Notes: a model not told the origin generated them from the letters alone. Positions 12,001 through 20,221 are shown, counted from the stretch's first letter. The stretch is DNA of 64,000 nt from Candidatus Omnitrophota bacterium (GCA_043732705.1 JAYTHE010000003.1:10352-74351), one strand, 5' to 3'. Numbers and translations are program-made.

Positions 12001-15000
12001 GGAAACAGTTTCAAGCCGCCGAAGATCTCTTTGAGCTCCCAGAACAAATTCTGATGTAGCAAGTGAAAATTTCCGGTCGAGTTCCTCAAACTGCGCGTAT
12101 GCATCCCGATACTTTCCGGTATTAATCAACTCAATTAAAGCTTGCTCGGCAACCCGCCATTGCTCGCGTCCATAATCAAAAGTATCCGTTTTTAGTTCGC
12201 GGCGTGATTCGGAACGGGCGCGAAGCCCGACTTCTTTCCGCATTTCGGAGCGGCCCTCGGGATGCTGCAATTCGTAACGGCCGATCCCTGCGAGTTGCGC
12301 GGGAGTTGCTTTGGCATAAGCGTCTTTATCATCTTTTTGAATTCGCGAACCATCGCTAAAAACATAAACCCCACTGTCGAGTGACTCCGGCATTCCTAAG
12401 AAAGGCCAATGCCCGTCGGCTAAGGGTCTTGACAGGGCTTCCACGGCTATAGTGAAATTAACATCAGGATCAATTGCTTCTATGCTTGGCCATGCCCTTA
12501 AAATTTCTGATATTTCAGCTCGGTGCGCGTAAATGGCGGCGGCACGATCCACATCATTTTCAAACTTAGAATTTTTCAATAATTCAGATAAAAGCCCGCC
12601 TTTTACCTCCCGGTGAATTTTATTAATATCCGGGTCAGCGCCAAAGCCAGGCAAGGCTTTTAACTGTCTCTCATACATCGAAATAAAAGTTCTTAGACTT
12701 TCAAGAAAGTTGTTCGCCTTTTCGTCAGCCCGAGATTCGGAGCGGGCTTTGAACTCCATGCGCCAAACAGGCTGATCACTATCAAAATATTTTTGGCTGT
12801 CGAGAAAATAATGAACCCGAAGCTTTGCGGCTGCATTTCGAAATACCTCGTCGCCAACCCCCTTATCTAACCAGCTTTCGACGCCAAACTTAACATCATA
12901 TTCAGTCGCATCGCGCCATTCAGCTCCATTTTTTTTACCCTCACTTTCATGCGCGAGAATAAAAACACGTGACTCTGTTAATCTTGTAATCAAGTCATCC
13001 GCCGTAATTAATCTTCGCGATTCAGAGCGGACAACGTCTGCGATGAGCGGTTTGCGCGCCGTGGTTGGTGATTTGAGCTGACTACTGATCGCTGGTAACT
13101 GACCGCCGAAATTGCGTGATTCGGAGCGCGGTTTGGTAAAAATCATTCTTCTAATTTTTCCGCCTAAATGACTTTGCGGATCGGGTTCTGAGTTCTGCCA
13201 AATCTTCCAACCCTGCCGTAGAAGAGGGGCTAAATACTGATGATAGATGGGAGCGAATGCCGTGTCGGACTCATGAGTATCGGCAAACTCAATAATGAGT
13301 CGTCCTTCCGGCAGTATTTTGCTTGCCAGATTTCTCCAAAATTCGACTGCTACATCCGCCGATGTCACTTTGGGGCTTATACGCGGCTCATAGTACCAGA
13401 CGTTTTTTAATCGGATTACTTCGTACGGGGACGGATCCCGAACCACATCCAGCAAATCTCTTTCTTCGATTTCAACATTTTTCATCTCGCTAATTGCAGC
13501 CGTCTCTTTCAAAAGTCCTGCAATAAAATGATTGCTATCATTAAATACAACTTTTCTATTCGGTGGAAGCGAGTAGATAAAGTCAGACACTACTACTCCC
13601 GAAGCCAAATCTAAGTATCCATTTGTTACCATATTTACTTCCGGTAACACCGGGGGAACCCAAGCTTTATCACTTATAAACGCATTATTCTTTTCCACCA
13701 AGATATTCGCAAGGTACCTGCCCAATAAATCAATAAGGTGATATTCTTTTTCCTCTTTTCGAGAGCTTTTGTTAATAAATTGCTCGACTTCATCGGGGAC
13801 ACGCGATGCTTTGCCAAAAAGAATCGCGCGCGGATCTGTGTTGACTGAAACCCATGCACGACGCCATTGTGTCGGATTCAAGCTTGTTTCCATCATAAAG
13901 AACGCAGCGTTCAGAACCTTTTGATCAAAATTATTTCCAGAAATAATTTTTAAAAAAGGAGTTTGTCCAAAATGAGACCGAATTTCATCCAGCAGTTCTT
14001 GTTTTCTCATTTCCGAGCGGATTTTTGAGTGGACAGATTCCCATCTTTTCGCGTTTGCCTTTTGCTCTTCACTGCCGTAGAAAAATTCTGTGACGGCATC
14101 ATAAACCCACCCGCTTTGTTCAAAGTAAGCGATCGAGGCCTCCTGCGAAAGATACTTACTCCGGAGATCCTCCAGCGTATAACGATTCCAATGCAATTCT
14201 TGCAATTCAAATTGCTCGGCCAATACTGATGCAAAGTCACTTAACTCTCCCACCCGCGTCTCGGCTGAAATTGGAATCATAAGATCAATTCCGAGATACG
14301 TTTCTCTCACTTGAACCCGGCCATAAGACCATGCCGGAGCCGCGCTGTTAAAGTTCATAAGAATTTCTCGATTTTTTTCAGAAAGTGTTTCTTTATTGAA
14401 ACGGATTAAAGCATGCGGCGGCAAATCAGGATCTCTTCCTTGAATATCTTTGCGGTTTGCCGAAGTGTTAGTGGTTTCGATATTTTTTCGAAAAAGAATT
14501 TTGACGGATTCTAAAAGTGGCTCGTCGACCAAAGCATCCCATTCATTTTCGGCATAAACAACTCCGTCCATTGGGCTTTCGTTAGGTTCAATTTCTGCAA
14601 TTTTTTGATCGCGCGATTCGGAGCGGGTAATTTTATCCATATACTCTTTCGCGGCACCTTCGGCTTTTGCCCTGCTCATTCCTTCAATTCCCAAAAGAGC
14701 ATTTTCAATTCCTCCGCGTATTAGCGCTTCATTTGCGCCTTGTGCTTCTTGCGCCGCCCTACTTTCAGAGCGAGTGATAATTTCCACCGTAGGGCTCGGA
14801 GAGCCCGTATCGCGTACATCGTGAAGCGTATCTCGGGAAGAATTAGACGAGATGCCGGATGCGAGGGACGCTTCACTCGCGCTACTGTGCCCTAGCATCA
14901 CTTCGCGATAAAGGTTGGAATTTTCAACCTGTGTCAGGCGCGGTGTGAGAGTGCCGTAGCTGATGTCATGCTCGCGGAATAAAGTTTTGAGGCCGTCGGT

Positions 15001-16791
15001 GTGGAAGCCTCCGGTCATCACAATCGCCTTGTCGGTATGAGCGAGCTCTGCTTCAATTTTTTGAAAGAAAACTTCTTCACGCCGGGTCGCGAAACCGTAG
15101 AAAGAGAAGGCGCTATCAAAAGCAGTTTGAACCTGCTTTTGATAAGGTGTCTGGATTCCCGCCTGCGCGGGAATGACAGAACTTTGTTCTTTGTTCTTTG
15201 TTCCTTGTTCGGAAAGGCTATCAGCCTTTGAGTTATGGTTTTGACTTTTAACCTTTAAGCTTTGACCTGAAAGTGATTTCACTCGTTCAAAAAACTTTTG
15301 TGGTTCGAGTTGATCTTTTTGTGAAATCACTTTCTGCCATTCGTCGCGGCTTAACTCGAGATTTAATAATTTTCTGACTAATTCCGCATCACGAAAAAGG
15401 GCAATCAACTCCGACCCTGTCCACATCGGATGTGCACAACCTTGTACACATCCGATGTGGACAGGGTTGTGTTCGTTTTGATCGAGCAGTTTGTCAAAAA
15501 GCTTTCTGATTTCAGCAAACAGTGAATTTGGCTCGACCTCGTAACGTAAAATTAAATATCCTGCTTGCAGCGCAAAATTCGGATAATCAGAAAATTTCAA
15601 GCCCTTCGGCCCGGCCTCTTCAACCAGCTTCTCAATAAAAAAGCGTGGCAGCGATTCTGTCTTTCCAGAAGAAGCTTTGATGGTATTGAGATTGATGTGC
15701 TGTTCATCGAAGAGTTCGAGTTTTTGAATGAGTTCGTTGCGAACTCCTTTCTTTTTCATCCACTCAATGATTTGTTTTCTTTCAATCTCAGCGGCTTGTT
15801 TGGCTGTTATTTTCTGTTCGTCTAAGTCTGAAGGTTTTGGGCTATGGTTTTGACCTTTAAGCTTTAAGCTTTGGGCTCGCGGCTGCTTCAACTTCTCTTC
15901 CATGCTTTGCAAAACGAGCAGCCGCGTCAGCTGCGGCCATTCGATTTGCGACATAAGGCTATGGAGGTCCAAATCTAAATTTTCTTTCGCGAGCTTTGCA
16001 AGGCTTGAAACAAACGGAATAAATTCGCGATGGCCTTTTTCAAATTTCTTCCACTCGCTCAGAATATTGCGCTTTTGCGGTGGAAGCATTTTCGAAGCAA
16101 GTTTATCGAGCTCACTATCAAGGCCGTTTAAAAAGCGTTTCGTTTCTGTGTCACGGCTATAAACCGCTTTGAGCGCTTCATAATTTTTGCGGTACAAGTC
16201 TGCTTTTTCAATTCCAACGCCTTTGATTTCGTCTGTTGGGGACTGTCCCTGCATGGGGACTGTCCCCTGTGGTACTAAGGAACCATTGGGGTCAGTCCCG
16301 CACGCGGCTTGGGACAGACCCCGTTCCGAGCCCTCCAGCAAAAACCAATCGGCACCCGTGATCTGTCCGCGTTTGGCAAGTTCATCCCAAAGTTTTTTAT
16401 TTGTCTCCGCGTCAGGGAAAAGTTTTAAATATTCCGGATTGAGGTTCTCCGAGGCGCCTTCGACAAAAATGGTCTTGAATCCGTAGTTTTTATTCAGATA
16501 AACCATCAAGTCGCGAATCTTTTGCTGAGCTTCATAATTCGTATGCGCGTTTTGAATATGCAAAATCATTTTAGGATTGGGACGCGCAGGAGCTTCGTAG
16601 AAGTCTTCTACGCTCGCAAGTTCAGCCGGGATATCAATTTGCATCAGCTTGGGTGTTTCCGCTCGCGGAGACAAATCGATACGCATGCCCGCGTCAGCGA
16701 AGCATGTATTTATAGTGAAGAAAAAGACCAGGGCCGCGGCCGTAGTCTTCTTCAACACACTATTTATGTGATCAAGAGAAGTTTGTGTCAT
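3019..16791 (-). CDS. Giant secreted or membrane-anchored multidomain protein (4590 aa), giant protein 1.
   Basis: A continuous 13.8 kb ORF. The N-terminus MTQTSLDHINSVLKKTTAAALVFFFTINTCFADA looks like a signal peptide. The N-terminal module is shared with the other two giants (HIQNAH..., GGFHTDG at 14995..15015). It contains an HEALHH (HExxH) motif, an ATP-grasp-like stretch, the class-I SAM-methyltransferase motif IYDLGSGDGRVV, a CheY-like receiver-like segment RIMVVDD...LIVTDKDMP, several hydrophobic transmembrane segments and about 19 R-S-E-x-R motifs. Confidence 0.85.
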   Translation of the reverse strand: MTQTSLDHINSVLKKTTAAALVFFFTINTCFADAGMRIDLSPRAETPKLMQIDIPAELASVEDFYEAPARPNPKMILHIQNAHTNYEAQQKIRDLMVYLNKNYGFKTIFVEGASENLNPEYLKLFPDAETNKKLWDELAKRGQITGADWFLLEGSERGLSQAACGTDPNGSLVPQGTVPMQGQSPTDEIKGVGIEKADLYRKNYEALKAVYSRDTETKRFLNGLDSELDKLASKMLPPQKRNILSEWKKFEKGHREFIPFVSSLAKLAKENLDLDLHSLMSQIEWPQLTRLLVLQSMEEKLKQPRAQSLKLKGQNHSPKPSDLDEQKITAKQAAEIERKQIIEWMKKKGVRNELIQKLELFDEQHINLNTIKASSGKTESLPRFFIEKLVEEAGPKGLKFSDYPNFALQAGYLILRYEVEPNSLFAEIRKLFDKLLDQNEHNPVHIGCVQGCAHPMWTGSELIALFRDAELVRKLLNLELSRDEWQKVISQKDQLEPQKFFERVKSLSGQSLKVKSQNHNSKADSLSEQGTKNKEQSSVIPAQAGIQTPYQKQVQTAFDSAFSFYGFATRREEVFFQKIEAELAHTDKAIVMTGGFHTDGLKTLFREHDISYGTLTPRLTQVENSNLYREVMLGHSSASEASLASGISSNSSRDTLHDVRDTGSPSPTVEIITRSESRAAQEAQGANEALIRGGIENALLGIEGMSRAKAEGAAKEYMDKITRSESRDQKIAEIEPNESPMDGVVYAENEWDALVDEPLLESVKILFRKNIETTNTSANRKDIQGRDPDLPPHALIRFNKETLSEKNREILMNFNSAAPAWSYGRVQVRETYLGIDLMIPISAETRVGELSDFASVLAEQFELQELHWNRYTLEDLRSKYLSQEASIAYFEQSGWVYDAVTEFFYGSEEQKANAKRWESVHSKIRSEMRKQELLDEIRSHFGQTPFLKIISGNNFDQKVLNAAFFMMETSLNPTQWRRAWVSVNTDPRAILFGKASRVPDEVEQFINKSSRKEEKEYHLIDLLGRYLANILVEKNNAFISDKAWVPPVLPEVNMVTNGYLDLASGVVVSDFIYSLPPNRKVVFNDSNHFIAGLLKETAAISEMKNVEIEERDLLDVVRDPSPYEVIRLKNVWYYEPRISPKVTSADVAVEFWRNLASKILPEGRLIIEFADTHESDTAFAPIYHQYLAPLLRQGWKIWQNSEPDPQSHLGGKIRRMIFTKPRSESRNFGGQLPAISSQLKSPTTARKPLIADVVRSESRRLITADDLITRLTESRVFILAHESEGKKNGAEWRDATEYDVKFGVESWLDKGVGDEVFRNAAAKLRVHYFLDSQKYFDSDQPVWRMEFKARSESRADEKANNFLESLRTFISMYERQLKALPGFGADPDINKIHREVKGGLLSELLKNSKFENDVDRAAAIYAHRAEISEILRAWPSIEAIDPDVNFTIAVEALSRPLADGHWPFLGMPESLDSGVYVFSDGSRIQKDDKDAYAKATPAQLAGIGRYELQHPEGRSEMRKEVGLRARSESRRELKTDTFDYGREQWRVAEQALIELINTGKYRDAYAQFEELDRKFSLATSEFVLGAQRDLRRLETVSETPKAAGQISKLKTDVIRRIIRLNPYREPKSAEDGDTGRSEFRINITGVKHYMALVEAEAVAAARLDPEKWTNLSGIEIQKHLYAEALSAGLLLADVASSKNEPAVEAKQPPENVTAAYAAVLDVHVRWVNQKLKSYFKGAANKIDISQIGVWRSLDDINGDYDIRNGEIRIREEVMLTRDAKKVRSVLLHEALHHSFDYYNSTINEAMTEFFTKEIMGTDYVHSSKYMDYYAALEIFLGAQEGGDVVLEALKQSYLKKTMVPLFEALQVFSADEHEQLTLMLILNEFDWFQHEGHFVDGYVVPVIMKYLFYSFEATLKYNQKARENFSHGLPFETGQEKLLADLTALRKQVDLTKDKALYLEKDYENPGFENFLDTFALAHNLSKLFEAHADLTPPAGTAFGDARLETLGSRALGLGPEMARSEMRKQGESIEKVSSAEKLKWPEPLVFDFEPGSKERQLKLSAFLKKQGFPTLAALLKRFEVPAGTPEGVNPEIMLEFHLDDRTKSELRLKSMLKNFKNVKTLKNWDSYIEARRARRRSDGTEVKNGLPQLVQVNQIVIRLQKPQSLKNIKSAERIFQRVPGSKPVVMSLKDFLSKGGKLNDEGRDELRSIGVAANLKEPGNHRSENRSISIPTALAFVVIGVAGVASALAAVFAAFPWITTLGVLTGILGLLRAGKFFVDRRLAASGQGAPNSLFQLMLAVFQTGLAPLRFAMPAGRQESRKIESPEAEDRRLESVGEFNSLESKVARSEMRQNPISLQNLFNVLFTKLGVREMMKGAPIEGVKFFAGIQAPQQLAKRESDVFKVLKRQLIPGENLLNFKSLAREIVSGNRKLPLVFKPNGGAGGEGIFFIEREDADHLKVSMAYQPEKDVSRRIDWATIIPQAIEKIPGVAVTRLPDQGLLEIKIETHSYENAANALYTIWEKISSSLNDAGMIEEMLDLFKVEKEGRPRSLETRYFISLNPHNGEIEIKTGVPSDLIQDFSFTRIGGNAMFANRKGNEVRGAEKTYDVYAPFGMQAEEVNIFKQKVNSDIKLLTDYILLRLKKIVGEENIHQLPQDARLRVTLDVFWMKPDAVTLGFPRLAPNEIQIESNLALSDYLNAKPLKFNPVPLIPSVKRSEMRTLADLLSQRLSAGAELEFIDLDTGAGAFPPEFEKYLRDRGYKVKGWKATEPYPDEATPINENVRKRIIKANAQFESEFLELKKHPVEIVTINNIETAPGELANRALELLKNPGGILLVTVESNDVIDSRQNGIMAAIQNAGFDVSIQDLPADYPEYSSFVKASKLIIAVPKTARSLPRRQAGEMRTIVIDGPSAPLTSEFYVDGDIWDKLAVDQDRIMYILKQGGNFSNGRAHTVGDWDDHRTVILPLIRPVEIEGRKYESAKIIGVLISADKDIPPLDFRANSQSEVLLAPRDGVIHWIDIPPHPAGSSEAIYAESRFHGAKLAQKNKLLVAPPVGFGKFTNKNFSYRDKSGTHTIEVGYFIELLEGQDETSLYSMVAEKAAETKDSIELTDWLSLRLGEYAGSLRDLNAFAKHGQPTNNNFVYENGRPRLKDYEGTTALSELSPDDRLAYLIKNFESLIFSIMIFQKMLENPYDSPKFGSVESGRRLELKEMLGKKFPEIFSSYFRNADVGNFSGHYFSWAGLPQLYMDLNQTILKEGNDLKSSRHEIVELFRREFDAELAAPTQPAVRRSEIRNRRGFLGQIVTAGTIALAGPLEAIAKLTTPELKMAPANMLDPAKLKKIKSPNVLKILNEAPEVVPKQIVRLTKDQEAQQKETNRFSPAEARKILNEILDPIFNEMNIAEEEKENKRESLIRLGQIIVANESGYWLKNQRIKNFIEQFIAVGWGQIETGKEGSRVGQDHLFTWFYYNNFKGSDIRSTVLNHLHSEIAEGLGLKADEIKELVDTLKAQAPNNETKAMDIIGPWLAKKILNNEKLDLTFMMTLVFRQIWKNSKDDASFLANIPDLVGDEKDPLNAAKIEARALNFYANHYRIKIIRAPKNETPEAATKREKAQAKIDADNSKKTRVAVAMLRRSNFSKTAESKLFVAAEVFPEPQAAEPVLAKTLFEEFSRLPLILAGIAAVVVALSGREKRSIQRGKSAGIAFILSMSASVFILMGLAVTAIWQSDQPIDLTPLYFNAIISMSLLAGFLGFKKLSRFQSKSRSEMRDVKEQKKAELGKRIDAFASVLNEQINSKLPDGWGALEDQLNELAKLAKEINPEPINYGQAVVQEEAYFARTPLRTVAAILNELQLSAEDTIYDLGSGDGRVVWLSGLLTQAGAAKGVERDDALFELSKKIIEALKKIAEEKRIHLKEMAIWKGDFQDIDEATTQRPNPFKDGTVFYVFRPNMDRSFGVMMRQLRATGAERVIRVVAVGVFEDELGENFTVEKKIGQNIIILRSTSAAESSKVDDGQQNRSENRIATAEDRAKSRGNPKVAVRSEIRSDALDNLKSFLIQVVNNHYDVARHLEKNSPVYQVLMMIVKSRLAHLVFSIEMTTEEKIVGFKTLGNEFEALSDKIMQLGVQSGAGQIYEEFLIELGEHIAKISALEPDKEMVQKPDEAKSPRNRIMVVDDKQQNGEVVADILRMIVGDDHVTLIVGQDAAEQADKHLQKRFQEYSLIVTDKDMPPGGGENVGEGEEGWALIEKWMKMDEKLSFILNTGDLTDEIKAKAGALGIIGAFGKGMKMFEFLENAVQVAKEKANRSELRSQISGIEKIQLGFNPDALKRSEARGIFKLIPVLLAWGIFNFGSKEANADTLKARQAIQISTIDEYAQIVALRSENGNVIDAIRRSDIASEEHANTALILDKLPTEEEFLRDVVPVLEAKPNHKILILAAANQNWKMSESSKKYSGRIKFEILGSADKAQRVLKDAAARFFGGAEYGLVGSEDKLNIFPADFFDKSNVKGVSTFDRADLDSVAPDKRALVLNLQATKFSEFSGSRQLEGFEENKPIGTIKRYKMTRAGFLGMAGKILQILQTLQIVSSAA
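3950..4295 (-). other. CheY-like receiver domain-like segment inside giant protein 1.
   Basis: SPRNRIMVVDDKQQNGEVVADILRMIV...SLIVTDKDMPPGGG resembles a response-regulator receiver, with an acidic pair and a phospho-acceptor Asp before M-P. Confidence 0.45.
5100..5230 (-). other. Class-I SAM-dependent methyltransferase motif region inside giant protein 1.
   Basis: EDTIYDLGSGDGRVV is encoded at 5181..5219 (motif I, D/ExGxGxG). Downstream are GVERD and KGDFQD. Confidence 0.55.
11406..11439 (-). other. HExxH zinc-metallopeptidase-like motif (VLLHEALHHSFD) inside giant protein 1.
   Basis: The reverse complement of 11406..11439 translates as V L L H E A L H H S F D. The motif alone is weak evidence for a peptidase. 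Confidence 0.4.
15154..15178. repeat. Family-A palindromic repeat inserted in-frame in giant gene 1.
   Basis: ggattcccgcctgcgcgggaatgac translates in-frame as …VIPAQAGIQ…. Confidence 0.75.
15230..15269. repeat. Family-C repeat half-copy, in-frame in giant gene 1.
   Basis: gagttatggttttgacttttaacctttaagctttgacctg translates as …SQSLKVKSQNHNSKA… A second copy, gggctatggttttgacctttaagctttaagctttgggct at 15838..15877, translates as …AQSLKLKGQNHSPKP…. Confidence 0.6.
15414..15471. repeat. Family-B palindromic element (core TGTACACATCGGATGTGTACA / CACATCGGATGTG arms), in-frame in giant gene 1.
   Basis: Perfect inverted arms ccctgtccacatcggatgtg … cacatccgatgtggacaggg. It translates as …NPVHIGCVQGCAHPMWTG…. 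Confidence 0.7.
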
Positions 16792-16943
16792 AAGTTGTTT
16801 TCTTAAAAAAATATAACCTTAAGGACTCTGTATTGGAAACGCAGCGGATGAAATGATCATTATTGCTATGTTTTGATCTTGCGAATTGATGTTTTTTTGA
16901 TTAAAATTCGCCCAAAAGCTGTCCTTTGTGACAGCCGGTGAAA

Positions 16944-17837
16944 TTAATGCCGTTTACGGGCTTTGCGGGATCGGCGGACAGGTTTTTTACGGAACGGTTT
17001 TTTGGTCTGGGGAGGAGTCCATTTTCTTCTCAATGTATTCTTAGGTTCAGTTGTATAAGGAATAAAATTACGGAGTTTGGTAATGCTCGTTTCCAGCTCT
17101 GGCGTCAAAGGCGCTTCCACTTTTAGCTGCTGCTGCGTTACGGGATGTTCAAAAGCGAGGCTGGCCGCGTGCAGAAAAAGTCTTTTGAGCCCGATTAATT
17201 TTTGTAACGAGCGGTTCCATTTAAAATCACCGTATAATTTATCGCCCGCTACGGGATGTCCATGCGACGCGCATTGAATCCGGATTTGATGCAATTTTCC
17301 AGTCACGAGTTTCGCGGCAATCAAGCTCATGCGTGAGCCTTCAAAATATTCCAAAACCGTATAGCCCATCACTGCGTTCACGGGCGCATCTTTCTGGACG
17401 CTCGCCCGGCGCATTTTATTATGCCGACGCACACCGAGATGATCGTTCCATTTTCCTTGCGGCGGAGAAACACGCCCGCCGCCAACCACGACATGATAAA
17501 TTTTCTGCAAAGAATGCTTTTCAAACATGAGGCGCAGCTTTGTCGCTACCGCCGCGGATTTGGCCGCGAGTAAAATTCCGGAAGCCTCTTGGTCAAGGCG
17601 ATGCAAAAGCCAAATTACGCCTTTGGGAGTTTCGAAAGTACGCTGAACAAAATCATAATGTCCAAGAAATGCGGCGTGACCCTTTTGGCCCTCGAGTTTT
17701 TTCTTTTCATTGATCGGATTGGGATGCGAAAGAATACCGGAAGGCTTATTGATTAAAATAAGATGGTCGTCTTCGTAAACAATCGGAAACTCGGTATATT
17801 GAGGCATAGGAAATTTTAACATAGGCCGGAGGCCCAA
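16944..17837 (-). CDS. RluA-family pseudouridine synthase.
   Basis: The catalytic motif HRLDQEASGILLAAKS (HRLD...SG) is present. The N-terminal region is S4-like and the C-terminal tail is basic. Confidence 0.8.
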   Translation of the reverse strand: MGLRPMLKFPMPQYTEFPIVYEDDHLILINKPSGILSHPNPINEKKKLEGQKGHAAFLGHYDFVQRTFETPKGVIWLLHRLDQEASGILLAAKSAAVATKLRLMFEKHSLQKIYHVVVGGGRVSPPQGKWNDHLGVRRHNKMRRASVQKDAPVNAVMGYTVLEYFEGSRMSLIAAKLVTGKLHQIRIQCASHGHPVAGDKLYGDFKWNRSLQKLIGLKRLFLHAASLAFEHPVTQQQLKVEAPLTPELETSITKLRNFIPYTTEPKNTLRRKWTPPQTKKPFRKKPVRRSRKARKRH

Positions 17838-17919
17838 GCCCCGAGGGTTTTAAGTTTTAAGCTAACAGCTAACTACTCAATAACCTCGTGCCTCCGGTCT
17901 CCGAACTCCGAACTAGTTT

Positions 17920-19743
17920 TTATTTTTCGTTGCGTTTACGTGAGTTTTCGTCGAGATACCGCTTACGCAGACGAATATTTTTCGGCGTAATTTCAACAAG
18001 CTCATCATCCGCGATAAATTCAAGCGCGAAATCAAGCGTCATTTCACGCGGCGGAACAAGCTGAATCGCTTCATCCGCGCCGGATGAGCGCATGTTGGTC
18101 AATTTCTTTTCGCGGTTTGCGTTTACAACCAGATCATTGCCCTTATTGTTTACGCCGACAATCATGCCCGTATAAAGCTCAGCGCCGACATGCACAAAAA
18201 TTTCGCCGCGCTCTTGCAAGCCCCAAAGGCCGTATGCAACCGCTTTGGCATTATTCTGTGAAATCAAAACTGCGACTTGGCGATTCTCAATTTCACCGCG
18301 GAAAGGTTCATAGTCGTGAAAGATTTGGTTCAAAACAGCGGTGCCGCGAGTCAGCTGCAACAACTCACTGCGTAAACCGATTAAAGCGCGCGAGGGAATC
18401 AAATACTCAAGACGCACTGTCCCCACGGCACTGTTAATCATGACTTTCAAATCGGCTTTACGACCGCCAAGGCGTTCAATAACGGTACCCTGAAACTCGG
18501 GATCAACTTCGATCACAAGCTCTTCAATCGGTTCCATTTTAACGCCGTCAACATCTTTATAAATAACCTGCGGGCGTGAAACTTCGAGTTCATAACCTTC
18601 ACGGCGCATCATTTCGATCAAAATCGCTAAATGCAATTCACCGCGGCCTGAAACTTTAAAACGGTCTTCATTGGGAACCGGTTCAACTTTAATACCGACG
18701 TTGACCTTGGCTTCATGCTCAAGACGTTCACGAATATGGCGTGATGTTAAAAATTTTCCGCCGTCTTTGCCGGCAAGCGGGCTTGTATTGTGAGAAAAGA
18801 ACATCGAAATCGTCGGTTCATCGATATGAATCGCAGGCAAAGCTTCGGGCTTATCGGGCGAAGTCAAAGTATCCGCAACACGCACATCACCGGCTCCGGC
18901 AATATGAACGATATCGCCCGCCAAAGCTTCATCCACTTCAACTTTTGGCAGCCCCTTGTGCTTTAAAATTTTAGTTACTTTGCCGCGCTCAACTGTTCCG
19001 TCCGCGCGTTTCACAAGCATAATCGGATCGCCGACTTTGATTCTACCTGTAGCAACGCGGCCAATCGCGACATGCCCCACATAAGGGTCATAAGCAAGCA
19101 TCGTTACAAGCATTTGAAACGGTGCTTCGATATCAGCAACCGGCGGAAGAACGCGGTGCATAATCGTTTCAAGCAAGGGAGTAATATCTTTGGATTCATC
19201 TTCCAAATTCATTTTTGCCCAGCCTTCTTTGCCGGACGCGTAAACAATCGGAAAATCAAGTTGCTCTTCTGTTGCATTCAATTCGCAAAAAAGGTCAAAC
19301 GCCATGTTTTCAACTTCTTTGGGGCGCGCGTTCGGACGATCAACTTTATTGACCACGAGAATCGGCTTCAAATGCAGTTCGAGTGATTTGCGCAATACGA
19401 ATTTTGTTTGCGGCATCGGCCCGTCAAGCGCGTCAACGAGCAGCAAAACTCCGTCAACCATGCGCAGAATACGTTCAACTTCGGAACCGAAGTCAGCGTG
19501 ACCGGGAGTATCGACAATGTTAAAAGTAATGCCTTTATAAACAAGCGATGCATTCTTTGAAAAAATCGTAATTCCGCGCTCACGTTCAAGCGGGTTGAAA
19601 TCCATAACAGTTTCTTCGCCTTCTTTGAAGACGTAAGTCCCACCTGCTTTGAGCAAGGCGTCAACGAGAGTTGTTTTGCCGTGGTCAACGTGAGCTACGA
19701 TTGCGAAGTTACGAACATCCTGTCTGCGTTTTTGAGTTGGCAC
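17920..19743 (-). CDS. typA: Translational GTPase TypA/BipA.
   Basis: NFAIVAHVDHGKTTLVDALL (G1), DTPGHADFG (G3) and NKVD (G4). At 607 aa the length is typical for BipA. Confidence 0.9.
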   Translation of the reverse strand: MPTQKRRQDVRNFAIVAHVDHGKTTLVDALLKAGGTYVFKEGEETVMDFNPLERERGITIFSKNASLVYKGITFNIVDTPGHADFGSEVERILRMVDGVLLLVDALDGPMPQTKFVLRKSLELHLKPILVVNKVDRPNARPKEVENMAFDLFCELNATEEQLDFPIVYASGKEGWAKMNLEDESKDITPLLETIMHRVLPPVADIEAPFQMLVTMLAYDPYVGHVAIGRVATGRIKVGDPIMLVKRADGTVERGKVTKILKHKGLPKVEVDEALAGDIVHIAGAGDVRVADTLTSPDKPEALPAIHIDEPTISMFFSHNTSPLAGKDGGKFLTSRHIRERLEHEAKVNVGIKVEPVPNEDRFKVSGRGELHLAILIEMMRREGYELEVSRPQVIYKDVDGVKMEPIEELVIEVDPEFQGTVIERLGGRKADLKVMINSAVGTVRLEYLIPSRALIGLRSELLQLTRGTAVLNQIFHDYEPFRGEIENRQVAVLISQNNAKAVAYGLWGLQERGEIFVHVGAELYTGMIVGVNNKGNDLVVNANREKKLTNMRSSGADEAIQLVPPREMTLDFALEFIADDELVEITPKNIRLRKRYLDENSRKRNEK

Positions 19744-20044
19744 TGTTTCCTTTTTGAGCTCTGCGCTTTAAGCGCAACCGTTAATGCGAACCTTTTCCTA
19801 ATTATCTGTATTGATGAATTTCGATTGGTTGAAGCCGCGAATTATACAGCAACACATCTCAAGCTCCAAGCATCAAGTTCGAGATACACTCGATTGAATT
19901 AAATAATTTTTATCACCTGAATGTTATATCACGCCTCTTGGAATACGTCCGATAATCATCTAACTTCTAACTAGGAAGCATTCGCGCTCTCTTTCGAGGA
20001 CGCGGATCCGCTTTGGGGGCGGATTAAATTGAGAGGATACACAG

Positions 20045-20221
20045 TATGAAAACGAATTTGGACACATTGCATCGTCTGATTCGGGTAATTCTAGGTATCG
20101 TTCTGGCGGTTGTTGAATATAAACTCAAAATTCACATGGGGCTTTATTTTGTGGCAGCCCTGCTGGGATTAACGGGGCTTTTTGGTTTTTGCCCGTTGAT
20201 GGGTTTCTTCAAAAAAGATTA
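20045..20221 (+). CDS. Small membrane protein, DUF2892 (YgaP C-terminal-like) family, 58 aa. It is absent from the ORF track because it falls under 60 aa.
   Basis: Hand translation gives MKTNLDTLHRLIRVILGIVLAVVEYKLKIHMGLYFVAALLGLTGLFGFCPLMGFFKKD, a two-transmembrane hairpin. A gagagga Shine-Dalgarno-like sequence sits 8 nt upstream. Confidence 0.5.

Larger units (their letters stand above)
14980..16620 (-). other. Conserved N-terminal module of giant protein 1; paralogous modules sit at about 46790..48330 in giant 3 and about 31680..32860 in giant 2.
   Basis: The three modules align: KMILHIQNAHTNYEAQQKI...IFVEGASENL, GTLVHIQDAHAVLDAQQNI...IYLEGGTGEL and PVFIIQDAHYHLEAQENA...IGVEGAAGEV. The second motif also aligns: GGFHTDGL, GGFHSDGM and GGFHTPGL. 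Confidence 0.6.

Noticed and set aside
17822-17900. Long-range inverted repeat ccggaggc…gcctccgg with a gttttaagttttaagct segment between typA and the RluA-family gene.
   Set aside because: This is probably a degenerate family-C repeat fragment or a terminator-like structure for typA. The match is too weak to call as a feature.
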